Of a stretch of DNA of 32,528 nt, positions 1 through 7,510 are shown one piece after another. The number at the start of each line of letters is the position of its first letter. The stretch's first letter is position 1. A program made the position numbers and the translations under genes. The DNA is taken from contig JBIKJM010000001.1 of assembly GCA_044360985.1 (NCBI GenBank), positions 1 to 32,528 on the forward strand, written 5' to 3'. The notes under the pieces were generated by a model. It was given only the letters and a program-made list of their open reading frames with translations. It was not told where the DNA came from and did no database searches. The stretch is from Sediminibacterium sp. Lineage in GTDB: Bacteria; Bacteroidota; Bacteroidia; Chitinophagales; Chitinophagaceae.

Positions 1-158
1 ACTACTTTTATTGTAAAATTTGCCGATGATGTTTTTGTATTTATTGTATCAGGAGAAATATTTATTGAAATTAATTCCGGAGAAAGAATATCTGATTGTG
101 AATAAATATTATCAAATAATAACACCAAGAGTAATGTTATAATAAATTGTTTATACAT
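1..158 (-). CDS. 5' part of a secreted protein (truncated by window edge; not in ORF track)
   Basis: Hand translation from ATG at 158 gives MYKQFIITLLLVLLFDNIYSQSDILSPELISINISPDTINTKTSSANFTIKV..., open to base 1. It has a Sec signal peptide with a Bacteroidota-type YS|Q cleavage site. Confidence 0.75.
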   Translation of the reverse strand, partial: MYKQFIITLLLVLLFDNIYSQSDILSPELISINISPDTINTKTSSANFTIKV

Positions 159-234
159 TTAAACATTTTTTGAGATAAGTATGATATGTAAATATAACTA
201 ATTTTATTAATATTAAAGATTTTCAAGGGTGTAT

Positions 235-441
235 TGTGGCTCGTCTTTGGGTTGTTTGTTTTGATTATCAATCTAATACAGTGATAATCGCAGAGTTTGT
301 TTTCAAAGGACGGCCCCAGCCAGTTCACAATCTAGCTTGTAATAAGCACTAAAAACTCCGAAATCGTCAAGAAATCGGAGTTTTTTTATGCCCTTGTGGC
401 ACGCTTTTGTAGTCTTTTGTATTGTTTTTTGTGGCTCGGTT
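235..441 (+). repeat. Intergenic att-like repeat, full copy 1
   Basis: TGTGGCTCG (235); GATTATCA..TGATAATC (263-289); CCCAGCCAGTTCACAA (315-330); hairpin AAAAACTCCGA..TCGGAGTTTTTTT (351-387); TGTGGCACG (395); TGTGGCTCGG (430). About 13 differences from copy 2 by hand alignment. Confidence 0.95.
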
Positions 442-617
442 TATAGAGTTGTTCATTATTAGGCTTTATTGAATAATAAATAGGGAGCTAAATACATAAG
501 ATGTTTAAGCATTTTGAGTGTTGAAGCCCTTATTTCATTTTCACACAATTTGCACACCTAAAGCAGATTAAAAACAAAATTCAGCCTTTAAGTTGTAACT
601 TATAAAAAATTAATAAT

Positions 618-1190
618 ATGAAATATCTCTTCTTCTTACTTATATTTCTGCAATTGCAGTCATATGCACAAGTTGCTGATAATGTTAATACTAGAACCTT
701 AGGTCGTTTTATTTCAAAAAGTGCTACTAATCCTAATTTATATGTGGAAATTACACCTACATACGCCTTCCATACTGGCGATTTAAGTGACATTTATAAT
801 AATGGATACGGTGGATTATTCTCTATAAATCATAGATTAAAATCATCTGAAATAATTTTTGTTGAATTAGGCTATGTAAGTTTTAAAGGGAAACAAATTA
901 ATGTAAATTATACATTTACTCCACCATCATTTATTCACATACCTATAAGTATTGGTGTAAAACAATATAAAAAGAATTTTATTTGGGGTATAGGGGTTGG
1001 AACTGGAATATCAAAACTCGATGGAGTTAATGAAAGTACAACAAAGTTAATGATTAATCCTATTCTAGGTTATGATTTTGGACCTATCACATTGGGTATA
1101 AATTATTCTATTACGGCAACAGAAAAAGAAGCTGGTATTACTCGTAATACAAATAAATATTTAGGGGTAAGACTTTCCTTGAAACTTTAA
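618..1190 (+). CDS. Outer-membrane beta-barrel protein (small, OmpA/PorT-like barrel)
   Basis: Signal peptide ending YA|Q, alternating amphipathic strands (FVELGYVSF, IPISIGVKQY, PILGYDF) and a C-terminal strand YLGVRLSLKL. Confidence 0.75.
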   Translation: MKYLFFLLIFLQLQSYAQVADNVNTRTLGRFISKSATNPNLYVEITPTYAFHTGDLSDIYNNGYGGLFSINHRLKSSEIIFVELGYVSFKGKQINVNYTFTPPSFIHIPISIGVKQYKKNFIWGIGVGTGISKLDGVNESTTKLMINPILGYDFGPITLGINYSITATEKEAGITRNTNKYLGVRLSLKL

Positions 1191-1324
1191 AATTCATCTT
1201 TTACACCCTCTTTGACTAAGGTAGCAAAGGTTGAGAATATTTGGTTTAATTTTTTGTCCCAAAGAAAATCATATTATAAAATAAACTACTTTTAAATAAC
1301 AATAATTTTTAAATTAAAATTGTT

Positions 1325-2599
1325 ATGAAAAATTTATATCCTCTTTTATTTTTAATTGTACTATCAAGTTGTACAAAATCATCAAAAGAAGATGTGATTC
1401 TTCCCACTCAAAAAGTTCCAAATGCACCCGCAAATTTAAAAATAGCTATTGTTTTAGTTGGCCAAATTGATTTAACATGGAATGATAGCTCAACAAATGA
1501 AACAGGTTTTAGAATTGAAAGAAAAACCGATTCTACTGAATACTCCGAAATTGCTACCACTAATCAAGATGTTGCAAATTTTACTGATAAAAATGTTCAA
1601 ATAAATACAACCTATTCATATAGAGTATATAGCTACAACCAAGCAGGTAAATCAAACCAGAGTTCCAATGAACGAACAGTAAAGACTTGGAATATTCCAA
1701 CACTTACTACAAATGTCATAACAGATATTAGAATATCTGGTGCAAAATCGGGAGGTAATGTTAGTTCTATTGGAGGAGTAAGAGATCTTATTGCAAGAGG
1801 TGTAGTATGGGGAACAAGTAGCAACCCAACAGTTGCATTAAGCACAAAAACAATCGAAGGAAACGGCACAATGTTTCCTGGTAGTTCTATCCCAGGTAAT
1901 GGAAATGGAACTTATACAAGTAATATTACTGCATCTAAAGAAGGTACTAAATATTATGTAAGAGCTTACGCTACTAATATTGTTGGAACAGCTTATGGAC
2001 AAGAGATCTCTTTCACTACCAATGTTTTTACCTTTAATACTGTTATAGGTGCAAATAATAGAGTTTGGATGGATAGAAATTTAGGCGCTGAAAGAGTTGC
2101 AATAAATAAAACAGATGAAGCCTCCTATGGAGATTTATACCAATGGGGAAGAGGCAAAGATGGTCATCAAATTCGAACATCAAGCACTACATATATTTCA
2201 TCAATTTCAGATACACCAGGTCATAATTTTTTTATTACAGGTATAGATTGGCGAAACCCACCAAATAACAATTTGTGGCAGGGAGTAAGTGGAGTAAACA
2301 ATGCATGTCCAATTGGTTTTAGATTACCAACTACAGAAGAATGGAATACAGAACTATCAAGCTGGAGCAGTGCAAGTCCAGAAGGTGCTTTTGCATCAGC
2401 ACTTAAGTTGCCTCTTTCGGGAGCAAGAGGAATAAATTCAGGTGGTCTAATAGATATTGACGTGTGGGGTTTCTATTGGTCAAGTTCTGTAGTTACAAAT
2501 GACAAATCCGCTTACTATCTAGCAGTCTCTGAAACCAAAACAGGTTCAGTCCCCAATGCAAGAGGCGTTGGAATGTCTGTTCGTTGTATAAAGGAATGA
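1325..2599 (+). CDS. Lipoprotein with FN3 domain, Ig/FN3-like stalk and FISUMP (Fib_succ_major)-like head
   Basis: Lipobox LSSC. FN3 motifs APANL..LTWNDSS.NETGFRIER..YSYRVYSYN. Head motifs WMDRNL, YGDLYQW, CP.GFRLPT..EW, YWSS, SVRCIK. Confidence 0.85.
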   Translation: MKNLYPLLFLIVLSSCTKSSKEDVILPTQKVPNAPANLKIAIVLVGQIDLTWNDSSTNETGFRIERKTDSTEYSEIATTNQDVANFTDKNVQINTTYSYRVYSYNQAGKSNQSSNERTVKTWNIPTLTTNVITDIRISGAKSGGNVSSIGGVRDLIARGVVWGTSSNPTVALSTKTIEGNGTMFPGSSIPGNGNGTYTSNITASKEGTKYYVRAYATNIVGTAYGQEISFTTNVFTFNTVIGANNRVWMDRNLGAERVAINKTDEASYGDLYQWGRGKDGHQIRTSSTTYISSISDTPGHNFFITGIDWRNPPNNNLWQGVSGVNNACPIGFRLPTTEEWNTELSSWSSASPEGAFASALKLPLSGARGINSGGLIDIDVWGFYWSSSVVTNDKSAYYLAVSETKTGSVPNARGVGMSVRCIKE

Positions 2600-2612
2600 A
2601 AATAGAAAATAA

Positions 2613-2818
2613 TGTGGCTCGTCTTTGGGTTGATTGTTTTAATTATCAATCTAATACAGTGATATTCGGAGAGTTAGTTTTAAGAGGTCGGCCCCAGCCA
2701 GTTCACAATCTAGCTTGTAATAAGCACTAAAAACTCCGAAATCTTACGAAATCGGAGTTTTTTTATGCTCTTATGGCACGCTTTTGTAGTCTTTTGTATT
2801 GTTTTTTGTGGCTCGGTT
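2613..2818 (+). repeat. Intergenic att-like repeat, full copy 2
   Basis: Colinear with 235-441: core 2693-2708, hairpin 2729-2764, boxes at 2613, 2772 (TATGGCACG) and 2807. Confidence 0.95.
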
Positions 2819-2842
2819 GATTTAGCTTAAATTGACGAATGG

Positions 2843-3754
2843 TTAAAAAGCCCTAATGGCACGAACATAGTATGAGCTTTCCTTGTCAGGGCTGCCCTCC
2901 AAACCAAGGTTGTAGAAAACCTTTATCCACGCGTATGGGTAGGTTGTTAAGCCCTGCGAAATGCGGGCGGACTCCGAAGAACTCCAATAGCCTTCCGTCT
3001 TAAAACCGCCAATCGCATCTTTATTTAGAAATAATTTATTTAATTCATTTTTACTTGGTAAAAACCAGTCATTAAATCCTCCACCATTATGCGCTCTCGC
3101 TAACCCTGCTGCATAGCGGGTAGCAGGAAAATCGGGAATTCCACCTTGAATTGTTATAATTTTATTGGTATTAACTAAGCCTGCGCCTATTGCAGTATCT
3201 GTTCCATATCCTGTAAATGAAAGATAAATAAGAGCATTAGGTGTTGGTAAACCAATAGCCCAAGGAACTTTATTAACCGACGCGTCTGAGGTTGCAGCAA
3301 TTAAACCGCGTTTTATCTTTGCATCATAACCAGGGTCTCCTGGCTGTAAAAAATACGCAACTATACCTCCTTGAAACTTTTGTCCAATTTTTATTAATCC
3401 CAACCTCATAGAATCATTAGCAGAAATTTTAATACAAGACAATAGTCTTAGAGTATCTTGAGTATTAGGTTTTAATACCCCCAACCTTACTGAGTCACAT
3501 CCAGTAATTTTGATGCAAGAAAGTAGTCTAATAGTATCTTGAGTATTAGGTTTTAATACCCCCAACCTTACTGAATCACAACCAGAAATAGACAAACAAG
3601 AAAGAAGTCTAATTGTATCATTAGTAGTTTTTAATAACCCTTGTTTTATAGAATCACAACCATTAACTTTATTCACAACTGGAGGAGTAGTTTCAGATTT
3701 TGAACATGAGTAAATGACTATAGAAATTAGAAACAATAAAACTAGTTTTTTCAT
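2843..3754 (-). CDS. Lipoprotein with Cys-containing tandem repeats and DUF1566-like head
   Basis: Lipobox IYSC. Head motifs IGQKFQGGIVAY, GLIAA, DWFLPSKNEL, YWSSSE, VRAIRAF. Confidence 0.85.
   Translation of the reverse strand: MKKLVLLFLISIVIYSCSKSETTPPVVNKVNGCDSIKQGLLKTTNDTIRLLSCLSISGCDSVRLGVLKPNTQDTIRLLSCIKITGCDSVRLGVLKPNTQDTLRLLSCIKISANDSMRLGLIKIGQKFQGGIVAYFLQPGDPGYDAKIKRGLIAATSDASVNKVPWAIGLPTPNALIYLSFTGYGTDTAIGAGLVNTNKIITIQGGIPDFPATRYAAGLARAHNGGGFNDWFLPSKNELNKLFLNKDAIGGFKTEGYWSSSESARISQGLTTYPYAWIKVFYNLGLEGSPDKESSYYVRAIRAF
3390..3661 (-). repeat. Intragenic tandem repeat, ~81 bp / 27 aa unit, ~3.4 copies
   Basis: GCDS(V/I)..G.LK...DT(I/L)RLLSC..I units. The 42 nt blocks 3452-3493 and 3533-3574 are identical and offset by 81. 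Confidence 0.95.
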
Positions 3755-3809
3755 ATTTTAATTTTTTTAAGTTTAACTAAAAAATATAATAAATAATATT
3801 ACCAAACTG

Positions 3810-3832
3810 TTGCCTCCCACCCTTTTTCTTGG
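3810..3832. repeat. 23 bp motif, copy A
   Basis: TTGCCTCCCACCCTTTTTCTTGG, 22/23 identical to 9133-9155. Confidence 0.85.
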
Positions 3833-3871
3833 GAAATTCCCGTAGAATTCGCTCAAATAGAGATAGATTTT

Positions 3872-3916
3872 AGCACTAAAAACTCCGAAATCTTACGAAA
3901 TCGGAGTTTTTTTATG
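3872..3916 (+). repeat. Att-like repeat, partial copy 3 (hairpin/terminator module)
   Basis: 45 nt identical to 2723-2767. Confidence 0.95.
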
Positions 3917-3951
3917 TATCTAAAGTTTAGTAACACATAAAATTCAAAAAT

Positions 3952-4827
3952 TTAAAAAGCTCTGATTGGAACGCTATAATAGTTAAAACCTTGCTTGGAT
4001 TTAATCAATTCTATATTATTGTCAAATGAATATGCTCTGGATGAATCAGCTTCACTAGAAGTCCATATTGGAAACGACGTACTTATTTGAAGTTTTCGCT
4101 GTTTTTCTTTTAAATTGTAAGCTATCATTGCTAAATATTCATCCCTACTTGGGATAAACCAATCGGAATAACCCTGGTATTTATTCGCATTTAATTTGAT
4201 AATACTATTCCCTATATACAATCCCATAGTAGGGCATCCTTTGTTTATAATTTTATCAGTATTAGATTTTCCTGCACCAATTATTGTTGATGTACCAAGA
4301 TTTATTTGTCCGCAATCAAATTTCCCACTTTCTACTGCTGGTCCACCAATAGCCTGTAGACCATGAGTTTCTCCATTAATAAACCCATTTTCTCCTTCCT
4401 TAAACATATAAAAAACAATTCCGCCAGGGCCCATCCATGAAACATCAACTGGAAGCTTCGTAGAAATCTCATTGCTATAAGAAGTTCCTATTTTATTAGT
4501 TGCAAATGCTCTTACGTAATAAATTTTATTCATAGTTATACCATCAATATTTTCTCGCATTGAAGAATCACCACTTTGTGAAATAAGTTTATTCCCAGAA
4601 CTTAATGAAAGATTTGGTGATACTCCCCAAATCACTCCTTGTTCAGTAATTGATGAGCCACCATTTTTAATTACACTTGCAATTACTGCAAATCTAGCGA
4701 TTGATTTTTCTTGAAAATCAACAGATACTGAAGATAAAACAGGAAGTGAAATTGATGCTGTGTTAGTATCATTTTTGGTACATGAGCAACATATTAAAAT
4801 CAGCACTAGGGCATAGCTTTTAAACAT
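3952..4827 (-). CDS. Lipoprotein with Ig/FN3-like stalk and divergent DUF1566-like head
   Basis: Lipobox CCSC. Stalk GGSSITEQGVIW..YYVRAFATN.IGTSY. Head GPGGIVFY, DWFIPSRDE, WTSSE, PIRAF. Confidence 0.8.
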   Translation of the reverse strand: MFKSYALVLILICCSCTKNDTNTASISLPVLSSVSVDFQEKSIARFAVIASVIKNGGSSITEQGVIWGVSPNLSLSSGNKLISQSGDSSMRENIDGITMNKIYYVRAFATNKIGTSYSNEISTKLPVDVSWMGPGGIVFYMFKEGENGFINGETHGLQAIGGPAVESGKFDCGQINLGTSTIIGAGKSNTDKIINKGCPTMGLYIGNSIIKLNANKYQGYSDWFIPSRDEYLAMIAYNLKEKQRKLQISTSFPIWTSSEADSSRAYSFDNNIELIKSKQGFNYYSVPIRAF

Positions 4828-5095
4828 ATATTGTATTTATTGCGTGAACAAAAAGTGTTTTTATTATATCATAAAATTAATGAATATAATAATGCAAAAC
4901 TCGGCTAGGTTCAGGACCAAAAATTTAACTCAAAAAGGGTAAAATAGCTGAAACAGGAGAAATATCAAACTATTTCAATCTTATACCCTTTAAATTATCA
5001 ATAAAAATAAAAGATGTAGAATACAAGTAGAAAATCTCGTAAATGTCTAAAATTTAGAAGGTACACGCCATATATTAATTTCAAAGTAAACACAA

Positions 5096-5188
5096 TGTGG
5101 TAAGTCTTTGGAATTACAAATTAGATTATCAAGCTATTACAGTGATATTAGCAATGTTAATTATAGTAGGTCTTCCCCAACCTATTCT
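5096..5188 (+). repeat. Att-like repeat, degenerate left-half copy 4
   Basis: TGTGG..GTCTTTGG..GATTATCAAGCTATTACAGTGATATT..AGGTC..CCCCAACC aligns to 235-330 with the same spacing. Confidence 0.8.
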
Positions 5189-5302
5189 TAGTGCTTTTAG
5201 ATGAAGGCAGCAACAGAATCTAACATATCATATTACAACATATTATATATTTTTTGAATTTTACAAAATATATGATTATTTTTAAAATAAAAACCAAATT
5301 TT

Positions 5303-5704
5303 ATGAAAACACTATTAAAAAGCTCCATCTTATTGCTATTCTTTTCATTCTCATTATTAGTATTTAACCTGAGTTGTAAAAAGGAATCAACCGCTCAGAA
5401 CACCTCAACAAGTATCCAAAATCTAGGTATTTTGGTTTTTACGAAAGTTAATGGTAAAGTAAATGAATTTTGGACTTCCAAATATGATGGATCTGGTCAA
5501 ACCAAAATTACAATTTCTTCGCTTCCCGCTAATGGAGAAATTGCTCATGAAAGTATTAAAATTTCACCTGATGGAAAGAAATTTTTCTTTTTTGTATTTT
5601 TTATTTCTACAAATACTAGCTCTGCAATATACTCATGCAATTCCGATGGGACAGGACTAACTAAAGTAGCTGATGATATTGATCAACTTTCTGATGTAAA
5701 GTAA
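5303..5704 (+). CDS. Small lipoprotein with TolB/DUF5050-like propeller blades
   Basis: Lipobox NLSC. Motifs WTSKYDGSGQTKI, ISPDGKKFFF, IYSCNSDGTGLTKV. Confidence 0.75.
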   Translation: MKTLLKSSILLLFFSFSLLVFNLSCKKESTAQNTSTSIQNLGILVFTKVNGKVNEFWTSKYDGSGQTKITISSLPANGEIAHESIKISPDGKKFFFFVFFISTNTSSAIYSCNSDGTGLTKVADDIDQLSDVK

Positions 5705-5734
5705 AGTGAAATTTAAAAAAAATAAACTTTTGAC

Positions 5735-5815
5735 AAAAACTCCGAAATCGTCAAGAAATCGAAGTTTTTTTATGCCCTTGTGGCACGTTACGGTATTGTT
5801 TTGTGTGGCTCGGTT
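5735..5815 (+). repeat. Att-like repeat, right-half copy 5
   Basis: Hairpin plus TGTGGCACG (5779) and TGTGGCTCGG (5804); matches 351-441 with a short internal deletion. Confidence 0.92.
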
Positions 5816-5989
5816 GGTGACTATGAAAAAACTTATAAGTAAGCTAACCGAATTCAGGGGGTATTTTCCTCACGCAGGGAAACTATAGAAATCAACCCCC
5901 ATAAAGATCACAAGAACTAAAAAAAATATATCTTAGAAGTCGCATTAATTTAACAAATTTAAGGCCTAGGTAAATAAATTAATATTAAT

Positions 5990-5997
5990 TATATTTG
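5990..5997 (+). promoter_or_regulatory. Putative Bacteroidota -7 promoter element
   Basis: TATATTTG matches TAnnTTTG and ends 17 nt before the ATG at 6015. It is a short motif in AT-rich DNA. Confidence 0.45.
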
Positions 5998-6014
5998 ATA
6001 TATAATTTAATTAA

Positions 6015-7289
6015 ATGAAACTAATCAATTTAGCACTTGTTTTGACATTACTCTCATGCAGTAAATCAAATAATGAAAAGATCGAAAAAGTTGAAAAAAT
6101 TGAAACCTCTCCATTAGCTCCTACTGATTTAAAGACTACTATTTTTTCAAAAGATCAAATAGATCTAACATGGAAAGATAATTCATCAAATGAAATTGGC
6201 TTTAAAATTGAAAGAAAATCAGGAACATCCAATTTTACAGAAATTGGCATAACTGACCAAAATATAGTTTCATTTTCAGATAAAACAGTGACAATTAATA
6301 CCAATTATATTTATAGAATTTATAGTTATAATAATGTTGGAAAATCTATTCAATATTCAAATGAATCGAATATACAACATATAAATATACCAACAATTTC
6401 AACAAAAAATATAACTGATATTTCTGGAAATAGCTCAAAAACTGGGGGAACAATCACATCTGATGGCGGTTCTTCAATCACATCAAGAGGTATAGTTTGG
6501 GATACAAAAAGTAACCCAACAATAGTATTAACGACTAAAACCACTGACAGTATAGGAATTGGCGAATTTAAAAGTTCAATATCTGGACTAATGACGAATA
6601 CAAAATATTTTGTTAGAGCATACGCCACAAATCTTGCTGGAACAAGTTATGGGAATGAAGAATCATTTACAACTTTAAGCTTTAACACAGTAATTGGAGC
6701 AAATAATAGAATTTGGATGGACCGAAATCTTGGTGCCACAAGAGTAGCAACTAGTAATTCTGATGAAGAAGGATTCGGCGATTTATATCAATGGGGCAGA
6801 AATTCAGATGGTCATCAAATAAAAACTTCTGGCACATCTAACAATTTGTCTAATACTGATTTAGTAAACAATAATTTATTTATAATTACTTCAAGTGAAC
6901 CTTATGATTGGAGAGTACCACAAAATAATTTATTATGGCAAGGCGTTAATGGTATAAACAATCCATGCCCTAAAGGATTTAGAATACCAACATATGAAGA
7001 ATGGGAAATAGAAGTAGCAAGTTGGCCCCCGCAATTAGTAAATAACAAACCAATTTGGGGTGTAATGAGCGCTTATTCATCTGCATTAAAATTACCATTG
7101 CCAAATACTAGGAATACCATTGGAAATATTATTTCTATTGGTTACTCAGAATATTGGACAAGCACTGTACCGACAGGAAGTTCAGGAGCGATAGCATTAA
7201 TATTTAATTCAAAAAGGAATGATTATGGCTTTACAACAGGTGGAGATCGACGTGCTAATGGCTTTTCATGTAGATGTATTAAAGATTAA
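6015..7289 (+). CDS. Lipoprotein with FN3, stalk and FISUMP-like head (paralog of 1325..2599)
   Basis: Lipobox LLSC, same length (424 aa) and shared blocks FNTVIGANNR.WMDRNLGA.RVA, GDLYQWGR..DGHQI, NNL(L)WQGV, SALKLPL, RCIK. Confidence 0.85.
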   Translation: MKLINLALVLTLLSCSKSNNEKIEKVEKIETSPLAPTDLKTTIFSKDQIDLTWKDNSSNEIGFKIERKSGTSNFTEIGITDQNIVSFSDKTVTINTNYIYRIYSYNNVGKSIQYSNESNIQHINIPTISTKNITDISGNSSKTGGTITSDGGSSITSRGIVWDTKSNPTIVLTTKTTDSIGIGEFKSSISGLMTNTKYFVRAYATNLAGTSYGNEESFTTLSFNTVIGANNRIWMDRNLGATRVATSNSDEEGFGDLYQWGRNSDGHQIKTSGTSNNLSNTDLVNNNLFIITSSEPYDWRVPQNNLLWQGVNGINNPCPKGFRIPTYEEWEIEVASWPPQLVNNKPIWGVMSAYSSALKLPLPNTRNTIGNIISIGYSEYWTSTVPTGSSGAIALIFNSKRNDYGFTTGGDRRANGFSCRCIKD

Positions 7290-7302
7290 ATTTATAAAAA
7301 AA

Positions 7303-7465
7303 TGTGGCAAAACTTTGAGTTTATAATCATGATTATCAAACTAATATAGTGATAATCGCAGAGTTAGTTTTCAGAAGTCGGCGTAGTGAAACGAAGCCAA
7401 CAATCCCAGATATGCAAAACTCCGAAATCGTCAAGAAATCGGAGTTTTTTTATGCCCCGTGGCAC
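7303..7465 (+). repeat. Att-like repeat, variant copy 6 with extra hairpin
   Basis: TGTGGC (7303); inverted repeat 7331-7357; GTCGGC-GTAGTGAAACGAA-GCCAAC-AATCCCAG (7377-7409); hairpin 7416-7451; GTGGCAC (7459). Confidence 0.92.
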
Positions 7466-7510
7466 AATCAAAAAATAAAATAAAGCAATTGTAGATTTTA
7501 AATCAATTTT

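Noticed and set aside
137-328. 63 aa minus-strand ORF
   Set aside because: It runs through non-coding repeat copy 1 and overlaps the better-supported CDS starting at 158.
300-335. Intact tRNA or other RNA gene
   Set aside because: Only a 3'-end-like fragment is present; there is no D-arm, anticodon arm or GTTCG T-loop.
5706-5888. 60 aa plus-strand ORF
   Set aside because: It is a translation of repeat copy 5, including the terminator hairpin.
5856-5900. Possible hairpin GGGGG..TTTCCT-CACGC-AGGGAAA..CCCCC
   Set aside because: It is a single copy with imperfect pairing and no supporting context.
1325-7289. Complete DGR within the window
   Set aside because: There is no reverse transcriptase and no TR/VR pair with adenine-specific differences; the paralogs differ at all base types.
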